This document shows, piece by piece, positions 25,779-37,591 of a DNA stretch of 64,000 nucleotides. The stretch comes from Anaerolineales bacterium (GTDB taxonomy: Bacteria; Chloroflexota; Anaerolineae; Anaerolineales; Villigracilaceae): positions 5,501-69,500 of the forward strand of contig JBHORD010000165.1 of the NCBI GenBank assembly GCA_042408355.1, given 5' to 3'. A program made the translations under genes and the position numbers. The number at the start of each line of letters is the position of its first letter. Positions within the stretch are counted from its first letter, which is position 1. The notes under the pieces are model-generated. The model saw nothing but the letters and a program-made list of their open reading frames with translations, made no database searches and was not told the DNA's origin.

Positions 25779-27758
25779 TCAAGGCCGCACGCCCGCAGGC
25801 GAAAGCGCCGGACATTCCGGCGCAGCGCGCGGCACGAAGACTTGAATGTTCGAGGAGGGCAAAGTCAAAATCGGCTGGTACTCGCACAACAAATGATAAG
25901 CCACGCGTTCATTCCACATCGCGCTTTCTTCGGCAAAGTCGCCGCTGTACGCGTCGAGGTTTTGCCTGGTGGCGACGATGGCGGCAAAACGATGATTTTG
26001 CAGGTCTCGATAGAACCGCTCGAGATACGGCTGATTATCGGAAATCGCCATCTCCATCAACGCGATCACTTCATAATCCTGAACCATCGGAACATTCGGG
26101 ATCATGTCAAAGGTCAATAGATGGCGTTCGTAAATAAAAAGAACCGGGCCGGATTTGCTATAAGACTGAACTGTCTGACTCAGCGTGGATAAATCCTGCG
26201 CGGCTTGTATTTTATTGTATTGGATAGGCGGGACGAGGCGCGATAAAGAGAACGCGACCGGCACAATCAACATGAGCGCCATCAGGGGCCACGTCAGCGC
26301 CTCAAAGCCGGACGGGCTGGCGGACTCCGTTTCGACGCGTCCGGCGATGAAATACGCCGCGATCAACGCCAGCATGACCATGAACGCGTCCATGTTGTGC
26401 AAATCGCCGCCGCCGCCGATCTTCGCGCTGACGACGAGTCCGCCGGCGAACAAAATCAACAGCATGGCAAGCAGTCCGAGCCAGCGGAGAGGATGCAAAT
26501 CGGTCAGATGCCCGCGCAGTGTCCAGAAAAGAACCGCGATCAGCGGCAATGAAACCAGAAGAATACCGGGAAGAATCCCCAACGGATTCGTGTCGTTCGG
26601 AAACCAGCGATAAAAAAGCAGGGGCGAATGCAGGCTGGAAGTGAATCCGCTTGTGTCGGCGTTGCCGGAAATGGCGACATAAAATATTTGACCGGCCAAT
26701 GCCGTGACGAGTCCAACGACGGCCCAAAGCGCAGGCTGAGCAATGTATCGCCAAAAGTTGTTTTCGCGGGCGAACGGTTCTTCGAGCAAATAGAGCGTGA
26801 TTGCCAGCATCGCCGGAACAGGATACCAGTTGAGCCGGCTCATGCCCGCCCAAAACGAAGCAACGACGACCGCAATCAGCGAACGCCATGGATGTTTTGA
26901 TGAAACGCCTATCAAAATGATGATGATGCAAATCTGCAAATGATAATAGACCGCGCCCTGGAAAACGTATAAAAAGAACCACGCGCCCAAAACGAATTTT
27001 GTGATGGCGTCTTTTGGCTGGAGGCGGCGGACAAACAACCACGCGGTCAAACTCGTCACGCCAAGCCAGAGAAGGGACTGCCAGAGTCGATCGGCCCAAA
27101 GCGGCAAGCCTTTGATTAGAAATGGAACCGCCAGCATAAAGTAACGCGTCGCGTGCCAGATCGAAAGCGGAAGTTGAACGCCGTAAATGGATTTGCTGAA
27201 AAGAAGCGAGCCGTAATAAAAGCGGCTGGCTTCCGACCAGCCCATCGAAAAGGGATAATCCGTGACCGGCTGGAAAATCGTATACGTTTGGAAAACGAGA
27301 CCATCGAATAATAAAGTTAATGCGAACGATGCGGCCCACGAGGCGCGTGTGAACGTCTTCCAGCCTGCGGCTTGAATCAAAGCCAGCCACCAGAAGACCC
27401 ACAACAACGGAAAGAAACCCGGAACGGCTCTGCCGAAGAAATCGAATTTGGCATACCAGAGAATCGGGAAGGCGATGATCAATAAAATCACGCCCAGAAT
27501 TTTCAAAATAAAGTTGGACGGATTGATTTCGAATCTTCGCCAGAACGAATCGTCTTTATCACGGCGCAAAAGCAGATAAACGCCAACGATCAGGTTGAGG
27601 GCGAAGACTGTCATCACAACCGCCCACTTGTAGCGCGTGCGGATTTTTAAAAACGCCTGCGTCTGCTGTTCGGTTTGATAGATTGCCAGCAGGCTCAGCG
27701 CCGCCGCGGACAAAAAAAACGTCTGCCAGAATCGTTTGAGAGAAGAGTCCATGTTCAT
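25779..27758 (-). CDS. Large polytopic membrane protein with C-terminal soluble domain, unknown function (GT-C-like?)
   Basis: About 660 aa from the MNMDSSLKRFW start, which avoids overlap with the upstream gene. At least 14 hydrophobic segments. No motif that I can name. Confidence 0.65.
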   Translation of the reverse strand: MNMDSSLKRFWQTFFLSAAALSLLAIYQTEQQTQAFLKIRTRYKWAVVMTVFALNLIVGVYLLLRRDKDDSFWRRFEINPSNFILKILGVILLIIAFPILWYAKFDFFGRAVPGFFPLLWVFWWLALIQAAGWKTFTRASWAASFALTLLFDGLVFQTYTIFQPVTDYPFSMGWSEASRFYYGSLLFSKSIYGVQLPLSIWHATRYFMLAVPFLIKGLPLWADRLWQSLLWLGVTSLTAWLFVRRLQPKDAITKFVLGAWFFLYVFQGAVYYHLQICIIIILIGVSSKHPWRSLIAVVVASFWAGMSRLNWYPVPAMLAITLYLLEEPFARENNFWRYIAQPALWAVVGLVTALAGQIFYVAISGNADTSGFTSSLHSPLLFYRWFPNDTNPLGILPGILLVSLPLIAVLFWTLRGHLTDLHPLRWLGLLAMLLILFAGGLVVSAKIGGGGDLHNMDAFMVMLALIAAYFIAGRVETESASPSGFEALTWPLMALMLIVPVAFSLSRLVPPIQYNKIQAAQDLSTLSQTVQSYSKSGPVLFIYERHLLTFDMIPNVPMVQDYEVIALMEMAISDNQPYLERFYRDLQNHRFAAIVATRQNLDAYSGDFAEESAMWNERVAYHLLCEYQPILTLPSSNIQVFVPRAAPECPALSPAGVRP

Positions 27759-27795
27759 TGCGCCTGTAATATTCTCGAAGGCTGTCGGCTGGATT

Positions 27796-28710
27796 CTACT
27801 TTTGATCATTTTCATTGCGGTCGGCATCCATCGCCGCAAGGATGAGAGGCATATAAACCGCGCCGGGCAGACTGGCGGCAAGATAAAGCACTCGAATCAA
27901 AACCGCGACCGTCAGGCTGGTTGCCGTGCTCAATCCGCCAACCGTTGAGAAAAGAAAAGTGAGCGAAAGTTCCTGAACGCCGTATCCGTTGATGGAAATC
28001 GGCACAAGCGTTACGAAATATGCGAGACTCCAGAGTCCGGCGATCAGCCAGAAGCCGATATGACCGCCCAGGCCCTCGATCAATAAATACAAAGTCCAGA
28101 AGGTACACAGCATGTGTCCCCATGTACATCCCAGGGCGGCAAGCACTGCCAGAGGCTGCTTGAGCCAGGTTGTGAACGTTTGAAAAGTGCGTTTGATAAA
28201 GTCCCACGAACGCGTAAAGGCGGCAGTGAATGCAGTAGTTTCAGAAACCGCATGGCCCAGGTTTGCCCAGGCGGGGATCAAACCGAGGGGCAGTGTAAAG
28301 ATCATTCCCAGCATGCCCACCACACGGTCCGCGGCGATCGAGGCCAGACAAACGGCGCGGTCGAAGCCCATTTGCATTGCGCCAGCCAGACGAACCACAT
28401 CCCCGCCAATCGTCGTGGGAAGAAAATTGGAGGCAAATAAACCGGTGAACGTCAGCGCGGCGGCATCTGAAAAAGAAATTTTGACTCCGCCGGAACGCAG
28501 GAGAATATACCAGCGGGCCGCCACAAAAAGGCGCGAGAGGAGGATCAAGATCAATCCCCAAAAAATCTGCGTCCATGAGATTTGTTGGAAAGCCGCGAGA
28601 ACCTCGCTCCATCCGCCTTCTCGAATCAACACGAAAATGAGACCGATGGCCAGGACGGTCCCGATAAAACGCAGAAGAAAGCGGCGGTTGCCTGAAAGCC
28701 AGTCTGTCAT
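27796..28710 (-). CDS. Flippase-like membrane protein (UPF0104 / LPG-synthase TM-region family)
   Basis: 304 aa, 8 TM. RWYILLR...FLPTTIGGDVVR motif typical of this family. Its ATGA overlaps the upstream GT2 stop. Confidence 0.75.
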   Translation of the reverse strand: MTDWLSGNRRFLLRFIGTVLAIGLIFVLIREGGWSEVLAAFQQISWTQIFWGLILILLSRLFVAARWYILLRSGGVKISFSDAAALTFTGLFASNFLPTTIGGDVVRLAGAMQMGFDRAVCLASIAADRVVGMLGMIFTLPLGLIPAWANLGHAVSETTAFTAAFTRSWDFIKRTFQTFTTWLKQPLAVLAALGCTWGHMLCTFWTLYLLIEGLGGHIGFWLIAGLWSLAYFVTLVPISINGYGVQELSLTFLFSTVGGLSTATSLTVAVLIRVLYLAASLPGAVYMPLILAAMDADRNENDQK

Positions 28711-29663
28711 TTTTTAGATGTTCCGTTTATCACTTCGCGTACGGTATAAGTGGGCTTGCTTTGCGATTCATGATATGTGCGGGCCAGCAATTCGGCCATC
28801 AAACCCATCAGGATGGATTGAAATCCAAGGATGAGAAACATAACGGCCAACTGGAAGAGCGGCGAACCGGTTACAGGAACGCTTTGAAGCGAACGCCGGA
28901 TGAACAGATACAGCAAAAGAAGCACGCCCCCAAATATCATCGTGAGGCCGGTTCCGCCGAACAAGCGAATGGGTTTGCTGGAATAACTAAGCAAAAATTT
29001 CACCGTAAAAAGATCGAGCAAGACCTTGATCGTTCGATCCAGACCATAATTGGCTTTGCCAAAACGGCGCGGGTGATGTTGAACGGGAATCTCTGTAATC
29101 CGCGCGCCGATCGAATGGGCAAATACGGGGATAAAGCGGTGCATTTCGCCGTACAATCGAAATCCTTCTAGCGCGTCGCGGCGATATGCCTTTAACGTAC
29201 ATCCGTAATCATGCAAGCGAACGCCCGTCACCCATGAAATGAGACCATTTGCCATGACGGATGGAAACGTTCTGGTAATGGCGTTGTCCTTGCGGTCTTT
29301 CCGCCAGCCGCTGACCACATCGTAGCCCTCGTCCAGTTTTGCGAGCAGAAGAGGAATATCAGCCGGATCGTTCTGGAGATCGGCGTCGAGCAGAACGATA
29401 ATTGCGCCTTTCGAATAATCAATGCCTGCGGCAATGGCGGCTGTCTGACCGAAATTGCGGCGAAAGACGATCACGCGGACGTGCTGCGCGTCGCCCTCCG
29501 CCAGGCCTCGAAGAACCTCCAGGCTTTTATCCGCGCTTCCATCGTCCACAAAGATGACCTCCCACGTTTTTTGGATGGAATTCATGGAGCGGCATATCGC
29601 TTCGTAAAGAAACGGCAGGTTTTCCGCTTCGTTATAAACCGGGATGATAAGAGAAAGCTCCAT
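28707..29663 (-). CDS. GT2 polyprenyl-phosphate glycosyltransferase (GtrB/ArnC/DPM1-like)
   Basis: IIPVYNE, VDDGSADKS, DADLQNDP, plus two C-terminal TM helices. Confidence 0.9.
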   Translation of the reverse strand: MELSLIIPVYNEAENLPFLYEAICRSMNSIQKTWEVIFVDDGSADKSLEVLRGLAEGDAQHVRVIVFRRNFGQTAAIAAGIDYSKGAIIVLLDADLQNDPADIPLLLAKLDEGYDVVSGWRKDRKDNAITRTFPSVMANGLISWVTGVRLHDYGCTLKAYRRDALEGFRLYGEMHRFIPVFAHSIGARITEIPVQHHPRRFGKANYGLDRTIKVLLDLFTVKFLLSYSSKPIRLFGGTGLTMIFGGVLLLLYLFIRRSLQSVPVTGSPLFQLAVMFLILGFQSILMGLMAELLARTYHESQSKPTYTVREVINGTSKK

Positions 29664-29985
29664 AGATATCCTTACATATTTGGATCAACCGCCTTCGTTG
29701 ATAATGAGGCGACTGCCCGCGAAAAGGGAAGGGGCCGGCGTCAACCCAGATAAATCAGACGATCCGGATGGAATGCGCTCATGATAAAACGTTTGTGGAA
29801 CCATGTTCTGCGCCGTGCCGTGTAATAAACGATTCTGTATTCTCCACGGGATTTTCCAATCATATCATGGGCCGCAGCTTCTCACAGCGGGGCTTTCGAC
29901 CCGCCATTTTCACACAGCAAGGTGAAAAATGCGGACGAATCAGGATGAAAGACGGCCTCCCGCCCAGAACGGTTTCCGCCGGTCG

Positions 29986-32403
29986 TCAATTCGATGGGTT
30001 GGTATTCCACTTCCAGATATATTGATCGCCGTATGTCCCGATGTACTCGATGGTCTTGTTGCCAAACTTCACTGTGGTGCGAGGAAAAGAAATCGAGGTC
30101 CCGTACAAAAAATTGTCAAGGACAATCCAGCCCGCGTCATTTTGGCTGACCAGCGAAAGGATGTAGTCCTGAGGGTTTGATTGAGTATAAAAGTTGAAAT
30201 GATAGAACGCCTTGAAAACCGGTTTACCCGTCCAAAGCACATAACTTTGAAAGACGGAGGAAATCAGTGCATCATTCGCATTGGCTTTGTTGAGCAGAAA
30301 AACATAAGCGGGCTTTACATCATAATGATATTCCTCCGTGATTGGCATGTAACCCTGCTTATCATAAAGAGCCGGCAGCAACACTTGTCCGGGATTAAAG
30401 CTGACAACCAGCAGCGCCAGGCCGATCCACAGATTGACCATCGTTCTATGCGAGATGATGGACCGCAGGCCAATCCAGATACCATACAGGCCGATTGCCA
30501 CGAGCACAAGAAACCAATATTCCGCATTAATGATGTAACGGGGTCTGATATTGCGATTAAAGAAAACCATAAAAAAAAGCATCTGAGCCGCAAAAATTGA
30601 AAAGAAAAAGGACGGGACAAAATTGGAACGATAAAGGAGAAAGCCTAAAAAAATACCACCGAAAAATGCGATTGCCGGAATTATCATCAATCGGTCAAAA
30701 TACCATTGTTGCTGGGGGTTGGCGAAAAAATAACGCAACGGATAAGCGTTGAATTTGGGAATGAGGGAAACATTAACATTGTTCTGTTTGACAAGAAAAT
30801 AATATCCGCCCCACACAATGCCGGCGATAACAACGAACAGGATCAAAATATTCGTTTTGTCTTTAAAGTCAATCTTTGTCAGCAAGTACAATCCAAAGAC
30901 GCCGTATGCAACGAGGATGATTTGAAACGTGGAGGTCGGATCTATAGTCAGACTATAGATAACGGGCAGGATCAAAAGCAAGCCGACAGAGAGGAGCTTT
31001 GGCTGGAGCAATTTTCTCCAATCTCGAGGCACAACAAAATGATCGGGAAAACGCCTGACAAATATAATCATTCCCAAAACGATCAAATAAAAGAAGAACG
31101 GATAATAGCCGTATTCCCTCACATTTCGGGACACGGATATGATCCACGGATTGGTCGCATAAAGGATGCAGGCAAGTACGGCAACCGGTTTATTGATTTT
31201 TCCCGCGAGCAGGTATAAGGGGATGATAGCCGCGGTGTTGACCAATACACCTACCAGCCGCGCCGCCCATAGATGGGCTCCAAAAATCCGGAAGAAGAAA
31301 GCCACCGGCAGGGTAACCAAAAACAGGCTGCGTTGATAGACAACATGCAGAGGCGCGCCCTCCAGAATCTGCTTTGCCGCAATCAGATGAGCATACTCGT
31401 CTATGTAAGGATTCAGGTTCTCCAAATTAAAAACCCGAAGCAGGAACGCCAAGACGACAATGCCGCCCAAGATGCCCCAACTCCAGGCGTCTTCGCCGGC
31501 GCGTTTGGGTTTCCGGCTGTCCGATCGTTCAGATAGAATCGCAAAGGACGCCGAAAGGTCGTTCAGGATCGCTATCCGTTTTTCCCAAATCAACAGAATG
31601 ATTGCAAAACAGACCACAATAAAATTAAGGGTGATCAACAACAAAGCCATTGACTTCGATGCGTAAAAGGGAACCGCAAAGTTGTGCGTATACGGATATT
31701 TACCCTTGACTTCGGATGATAAATTCAAAACCTCTGTTGTGCCGTTCCACGAGATTTCCGCCACGCCGCCCTGTGGAGATTTGCTAAACATGATCGTGAC
31801 TTCTTCGCCGGTTCTGCCGGTCCATTCCAACAGATTGCTGGACGGATCGGTAAGGACAAGTTCGTAATCGGTCTTTTCCCAACCGCGATAATGTAGGGCG
31901 TCATAGGAAACATCGCCAATGGATGTGTTAAGCCAGAAAATTCCGGCATCCGTCTGTGCGGCGTGAGGGGATGGAGAGATGGATATTTTGAGCGTTTGCG
32001 GCGGAAGTAAAAACGTCAGGTAGCTCGATGGCGCATTTCTGGCTCCCGTGCCAACCAACGCCAAAATGACGCCAGTCAAAACGCCCGCGCCCATCAGACT
32101 TAACCGCGTATCTTGCGCGAGTCCGGATAAATGAGGCGCCAGCCATAATTCGAGAAGCAGGTAATAGCCTGCAATCCCAATGAGGCTGGCCGCCGCCGTA
32201 TATAGCATAATCCTGATGCTCGTCGGGGGGACGATGTTAACAAGCCAGTAACTATATACAGACAATCCAAAGCTCACGCCCAAGATCAAAGCGCAATATG
32301 TATAAAAACTCTTTAAACGCGGCGCCGGGATTCGGGCAATGTAGTCCATAATCCTGGAGAAAAAGCTGCGCATTCTTGAACCGGACATGCTGAACCTGGA
32401 CAA
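29986..32403 (-). CDS. GT-C glycosyltransferase (PMT_2/ArnT-like) with extra N-terminal TM and beta-rich module
   Basis: 805 aa. From about residue 300 it shows the ArnT/PMT-like start (LLRVFNLENLNPYIDEYAHL...). The N-terminal ~290 aa add 4 TM helices and an extracytoplasmic domain. Confidence 0.75.
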   Translation of the reverse strand: MSRFSMSGSRMRSFFSRIMDYIARIPAPRLKSFYTYCALILGVSFGLSVYSYWLVNIVPPTSIRIMLYTAAASLIGIAGYYLLLELWLAPHLSGLAQDTRLSLMGAGVLTGVILALVGTGARNAPSSYLTFLLPPQTLKISISPSPHAAQTDAGIFWLNTSIGDVSYDALHYRGWEKTDYELVLTDPSSNLLEWTGRTGEEVTIMFSKSPQGGVAEISWNGTTEVLNLSSEVKGKYPYTHNFAVPFYASKSMALLLITLNFIVVCFAIILLIWEKRIAILNDLSASFAILSERSDSRKPKRAGEDAWSWGILGGIVVLAFLLRVFNLENLNPYIDEYAHLIAAKQILEGAPLHVVYQRSLFLVTLPVAFFFRIFGAHLWAARLVGVLVNTAAIIPLYLLAGKINKPVAVLACILYATNPWIISVSRNVREYGYYPFFFYLIVLGMIIFVRRFPDHFVVPRDWRKLLQPKLLSVGLLLILPVIYSLTIDPTSTFQIILVAYGVFGLYLLTKIDFKDKTNILILFVVIAGIVWGGYYFLVKQNNVNVSLIPKFNAYPLRYFFANPQQQWYFDRLMIIPAIAFFGGIFLGFLLYRSNFVPSFFFSIFAAQMLFFMVFFNRNIRPRYIINAEYWFLVLVAIGLYGIWIGLRSIISHRTMVNLWIGLALLVVSFNPGQVLLPALYDKQGYMPITEEYHYDVKPAYVFLLNKANANDALISSVFQSYVLWTGKPVFKAFYHFNFYTQSNPQDYILSLVSQNDAGWIVLDNFLYGTSISFPRTTVKFGNKTIEYIGTYGDQYIWKWNTNPSN

Positions 32404-32423
32404 GCACGATGAGCGCCGGAGGG

Positions 32424-33386
<963 letters not shown>

Positions 33387-33443
33387 TCATTTCTCCTTGT
33401 CCCAAAATTCAATCGCTGAATTATAAGCACTCCATCAAGCATG

Positions 33444-35054
33444 TCAAGCACGCTTTTTTACGCCGCGCCAACGATCCCATGCCCATCCGCCGATGAATAT
33501 CAACGCCGCCAAAATCAAACTGAGGAGAAGCACAACCGTGATCGGCAGATGCATACTCAAATTCTTGGTCACATAGCGGGCTACATACCATTGACCGTAA
33601 AGAAGAATGCATAATATCTCCAATGCAAGAATGCGGGGCAGCCACGAATCACGATGATCGCGCCACCACAACCACGCGTGCCCGATGACCAGCGCTTCGA
33701 TTCCAAAGAAGATGAGACGGTAGCGCGGATTATCCCATTGACTGCCGCCGGCGCGGATGTCTGCAATCAAGATCCAAACCCAGACGAAAGCCGTCAGCCA
33801 CAGCCAAAGCCTCCGTTCGCGCCCGGGCGCGGATCGCCACGCGGCAATCGGCGCGTAGATCAAAAACGGCAGCACAACGTACCAGCCAATCGAACGGAAG
33901 ATGGCGATAACATGCCAGGTCAATGTCGTCGGCTCGAAGAACGCCGGAGGCAAAACCGGCTGGGTGATTCCATAACCGACCACAAACAAAAATTGCATCA
34001 GCGGATTCATCTTCGAGAAAACGTTTTGAACCTGGCCCGACCCGCGCGCAAGTTGATAGATGACATATTTAACTGAATTGCGAATCCAGTTCAGGATCAC
34101 CGTGATAGGCGACCCGCCGCTGAAATCGTGCTGGCGGCTAAGGCTGAACGCCAAAAACAAAATCCCGACGAGGAACAAGGCTCCGGCAGTGATCAAAACA
34201 GGCAGGGGCAAACGTTTGCGTTCGCCCCGGAACCATAACCAGCCGCCGAATAGAATAATCAGCGCCAATGCCATGGCAGGCGAAACCAGTAACATGCCAA
34301 TCAAAGCCGCGCCCATCCAGATAAAACTGCTTCGGTTGGACGCGCCGCCAATTTGATTCTCGCCTTGCTTCAACCAGCCTGCAAATCCCCACAACGCCAT
34401 CGCGATAAACGTCAACAGGAAAGGCTCGCGCATCTGCGCGCCGCCTGTCAGAATGGATTCCGGATAAAGCACGAACAGCCAGGAGGAAACCAGAGCCAGC
34501 CTCTCGTCCCAGAGCAGACGCGTGGCTTTATAAAAAAATGGAACGCCGAGCGCCGCGGTCAACGCCGCCAGGAGGAGAATCAGCAACGGGCGGTGAGCGT
34601 CCGGCGAAAAGATTTTATAAGTCAACGCGCTCAAGGCGAGCAGACCGCCGTATTGATCGGTGTAATAGGTTTTATCAAACGCGGCCATGAGCGATTGACC
34701 GGAACTCGCCAACTGCCAGGCCTGATCGTCGCGGCGATGCGCGTCGGTGAACACAAAACCGGCTTTGTCATCGGGAACATTATGACCATTGATCGGCAAG
34801 GCAATATAAACCGCAACGCCCGAAGCAAGGCGAAGCAGAAGCGCCAGGCCGGTCATCCACGCCAACGCTTTGCCATTTCCGGCCCAGCGCCATAAAGCGA
34901 TCATGCCAATGAGGCCAAGCAAAAGCAACGCGGAAAATCCAAGCCAGCCGATCCAAAACGGAGGGCTTTGAAGCGCAGCCAATCCCGCGCCGACGATCAA
35001 TGCAGTTGGGGTAAGAAATATAAAGTCTTTGCTAAAAAGATATTTTGATTTCAT
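33444..35054 (-). CDS. Large polytopic membrane protein (putative GT-C glycosyltransferase or polymerase)
   Basis: 536 aa with about 13 TM segments and one early extracytoplasmic loop containing acidic residues (FTDAHRRDDQAW). No firm family assignment. Confidence 0.65.
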   Translation of the reverse strand: MKSKYLFSKDFIFLTPTALIVGAGLAALQSPPFWIGWLGFSALLLLGLIGMIALWRWAGNGKALAWMTGLALLLRLASGVAVYIALPINGHNVPDDKAGFVFTDAHRRDDQAWQLASSGQSLMAAFDKTYYTDQYGGLLALSALTYKIFSPDAHRPLLILLLAALTAALGVPFFYKATRLLWDERLALVSSWLFVLYPESILTGGAQMREPFLLTFIAMALWGFAGWLKQGENQIGGASNRSSFIWMGAALIGMLLVSPAMALALIILFGGWLWFRGERKRLPLPVLITAGALFLVGILFLAFSLSRQHDFSGGSPITVILNWIRNSVKYVIYQLARGSGQVQNVFSKMNPLMQFLFVVGYGITQPVLPPAFFEPTTLTWHVIAIFRSIGWYVVLPFLIYAPIAAWRSAPGRERRLWLWLTAFVWVWILIADIRAGGSQWDNPRYRLIFFGIEALVIGHAWLWWRDHRDSWLPRILALEILCILLYGQWYVARYVTKNLSMHLPITVVLLLSLILAALIFIGGWAWDRWRGVKKRA

Positions 35055-36205
35055 GCCATTCCATCCAAAGCTCGCCGGGCACGCGCGAGCCAGGTATATT
35101 TTTCAACCTCGCCTCGCGCATTCGACGCCAATGCAAGGCGATCCTTTTCATCACTCAACAAATTTTCAACCGCCAACTTCCACGCGCCCACATCGCCCGG
35201 CGGGCAAAAGACCGCGCGCCTTTCATCCAGCACTTCGCGAATCACCGGCAAATCCGCTGTGATGATGGCGCGCCCAGCCGCCATGTACTCGAACATCTTC
35301 ATCGGGTTGATGCCCTCGGCAATGTCCTGTCCACTGCTGCCGGCAATCGAACGGCTGTAGGGCATCAACAAAATATCGGCGGCGGCTTGATAAAGCGGCA
35401 GGCGGCTGTTTTCGATGAAGCCGGTCAGCGTCACATTCGAAATTTGGGCGGCGTTCAACTTTATGCGCCATTCTTCGACGGCGTCCGGCGTGCCGCCCGC
35501 CCAGAGAAAATTCACATTGGGCAATGTGCGCGCCAGCTCGAACAACAACTCCATGCCGCGGCCCGCATAAAAATGACCGGTGAATCCAACCGTCAATCCG
35601 TCTTTAAGATTCAATTGACGACGCGCCTCGGCGGGATTTGGCAGATGCGCGTACCGGCCGAGGTCAACGCCGTTCGGGGCGATCTGCACCGCCTCGTCCG
35701 GGAAGTGGAGGCGGGTCGAACGTTCCAGGGCTTTTCTCAACGCTGACGTTGTGACCAGCAATCGCTTATGCCCGCGCCTCATCCAAAACTGACGCAGCCA
35801 CCACGGGCCGAGCCGTCCGACCACATCCGCATGCATTTCCAACACGACCGGATAATTCCGCCAAAGTCCAAGCGCGGCGGATTGCGGAAGCCAAGTATAA
35901 ATGACATCAGCCTTGAACTTGCGCGCCGCGGATTGAGCATACCATATAAAATCGAAACGTTTGAATGCAGAGATTGAGGGCAGCCAATCAATTGGAAACG
36001 CAAAACGCAAACCATAATGTTTGGCAAGTTCATTCCACGAGGCGGGTTCGGTTTCGCGCGGCGCAAAGACGCGCAATTCGTGGCCAAGTTCCGTCAGCGC
36101 GTCGCAGACTTTCATGGCTTGAATCGAATTGGCGGTCAGCGATGGAATGCGTGAATTTGTGATTACAGCGATTCGCATGAGATTCTTCAACCGCCAAGCT
36201 CGCAA
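35051..36205 (-). CDS. GT4 (group 1) glycosyltransferase
   Basis: GT-B layout with C-terminal NPMKMFEYMAAGRAII motif. The likely start is MRIAVIT at 36178. Confidence 0.85.
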   Translation of the reverse strand: MRAWRLKNLMRIAVITNSRIPSLTANSIQAMKVCDALTELGHELRVFAPRETEPASWNELAKHYGLRFAFPIDWLPSISAFKRFDFIWYAQSAARKFKADVIYTWLPQSAALGLWRNYPVVLEMHADVVGRLGPWWLRQFWMRRGHKRLLVTTSALRKALERSTRLHFPDEAVQIAPNGVDLGRYAHLPNPAEARRQLNLKDGLTVGFTGHFYAGRGMELLFELARTLPNVNFLWAGGTPDAVEEWRIKLNAAQISNVTLTGFIENSRLPLYQAAADILLMPYSRSIAGSSGQDIAEGINPMKMFEYMAAGRAIITADLPVIREVLDERRAVFCPPGDVGAWKLAVENLLSDEKDRLALASNARGEVEKYTWLARARRALDGMA

Positions 36206-36232
36206 AGTTCTTTTAACTTTCTCTTCGCGCGC

Positions 36233-37591
36233 TTAGCGTTCTTCGCGGTTAATTGACTCCTGATGTCGCAATTCTCTCATCCCGCGCCAGACGATCAATC
36301 CGACAGAAAGAATGTAATACATCGAAAGCAGTCCGGCTTCCATCACATATCCGTAACGCGGCACGAGCGGAAACGCCAGCCCGACCTTAAGCAGACCCGC
36401 AATAAGCGTCGCCCAAAGCGGAAAGGCAGGCAAGTTGAACGACAATAACAGCGGACGATTCCAAAACAAAGTGTAATTGAAAACCATGCCGATTAATAAC
36501 GCCATCAAGGCTGGATATGCCACAACGTATTTCGGTCCATAAACCCAAAGCACCCAGCGTCCGAGAACGATAAAGCCAACTGCCAGCGCCATATTATATG
36601 CAAACGAAAGCGTGGTGACTTTGCGGAGGAAATCGCGCAGGCGCGGCCAGGCTTTCTGAACGATGAGCCGGTTGAGTTCCGGATAGACCGTCAAAATCAG
36701 CGGGTCGGCCGGGACGGAAAGCAGGCTGATAATCGTGTACGCCACTTTATAATAACCCGCCGCTTCGCTGGTCAAAAAATAACCGACCCACAAAATTTCG
36801 CTTTCGCGAAAAATCAAAATGGCGGTCGCGCTCAAATTGGACGTGAACGCAAAACGAAACAATTCCCCGAACGATGGAAGCACAGAAAACGGCGCGCGAA
36901 ACCAGCCCTGACCCAACACGCGGTGTAATTGAATCTGCGCGGCGAGGAAAAGCCCAAGTCCGAGAATGGCTTTGCCGAGTAAATAAGCCATCAGGACAAT
37001 CGTCAGACTGCCTTTCAATAAAAACGCCGCTCCGATAACCAGCGCTGAAACGATGGTTTGAATCAAATTGATCGTTCCGCGCAATTTCACATGATCTGTG
37101 ATTTGCAGGATGCCGGTGGACGTTTCCGTGTTGAAGTTTGCCAGCAAGCCGAGGCTGTAAACGATAAACATCCATTCCGTGCCGGGCGTTTTGGCAATCG
37201 AACGCGCGGCAATCCCGGCCGATAAAACGACAACAATAAAAGCCAGCACCGAGACCGTCGTCTCGCCGAGGCTGGCGGCTTTGATCAGCGCCGACGCTTT
37301 TTGCTTTTCGTTTTTCTCGAGATACTCACCGCCATAACGAACCACTGTCTCGCTCATGCGGAATGAAAACAGTCCATTCACCGTCGAGGCGTAACTCATC
37401 ACGATGGCGATCAAGCCATAATTGGCGGGGCCCAGCAGCCGCGCCGCAAGAATCCCCTGAACGACGCTAAGAACCAGACTGATGGAATTACTGCTGAATA
37501 AATGCGCGCTGTGACTGATGACCTTGCTCAGCAAATCATCCTGGCGCAGTTTCCGAACCAAATTCATGGAGTCAAAATTCCGCTCGCCCAC
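36233..37591 (-). CDS. Wzx-like polysaccharide flippase (MOP superfamily)
   Basis: 452 aa with about 12-14 TM segments, located in a glycan cluster. Confidence 0.75.
   Translation of the reverse strand: MGERNFDSMNLVRKLRQDDLLSKVISHSAHLFSSNSISLVLSVVQGILAARLLGPANYGLIAIVMSYASTVNGLFSFRMSETVVRYGGEYLEKNEKQKASALIKAASLGETTVSVLAFIVVVLSAGIAARSIAKTPGTEWMFIVYSLGLLANFNTETSTGILQITDHVKLRGTINLIQTIVSALVIGAAFLLKGSLTIVLMAYLLGKAILGLGLFLAAQIQLHRVLGQGWFRAPFSVLPSFGELFRFAFTSNLSATAILIFRESEILWVGYFLTSEAAGYYKVAYTIISLLSVPADPLILTVYPELNRLIVQKAWPRLRDFLRKVTTLSFAYNMALAVGFIVLGRWVLWVYGPKYVVAYPALMALLIGMVFNYTLFWNRPLLLSFNLPAFPLWATLIAGLLKVGLAFPLVPRYGYVMEAGLLSMYYILSVGLIVWRGMRELRHQESINREER

Noticed and set aside
26302-27402. 366-aa Arg-rich ORF in an alternative minus-strand frame inside the 25779..27758 gene
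   Set aside because: It is an out-of-frame overlap with a coherent polytopic membrane protein. The R/G/A-rich translation looks artefactual.
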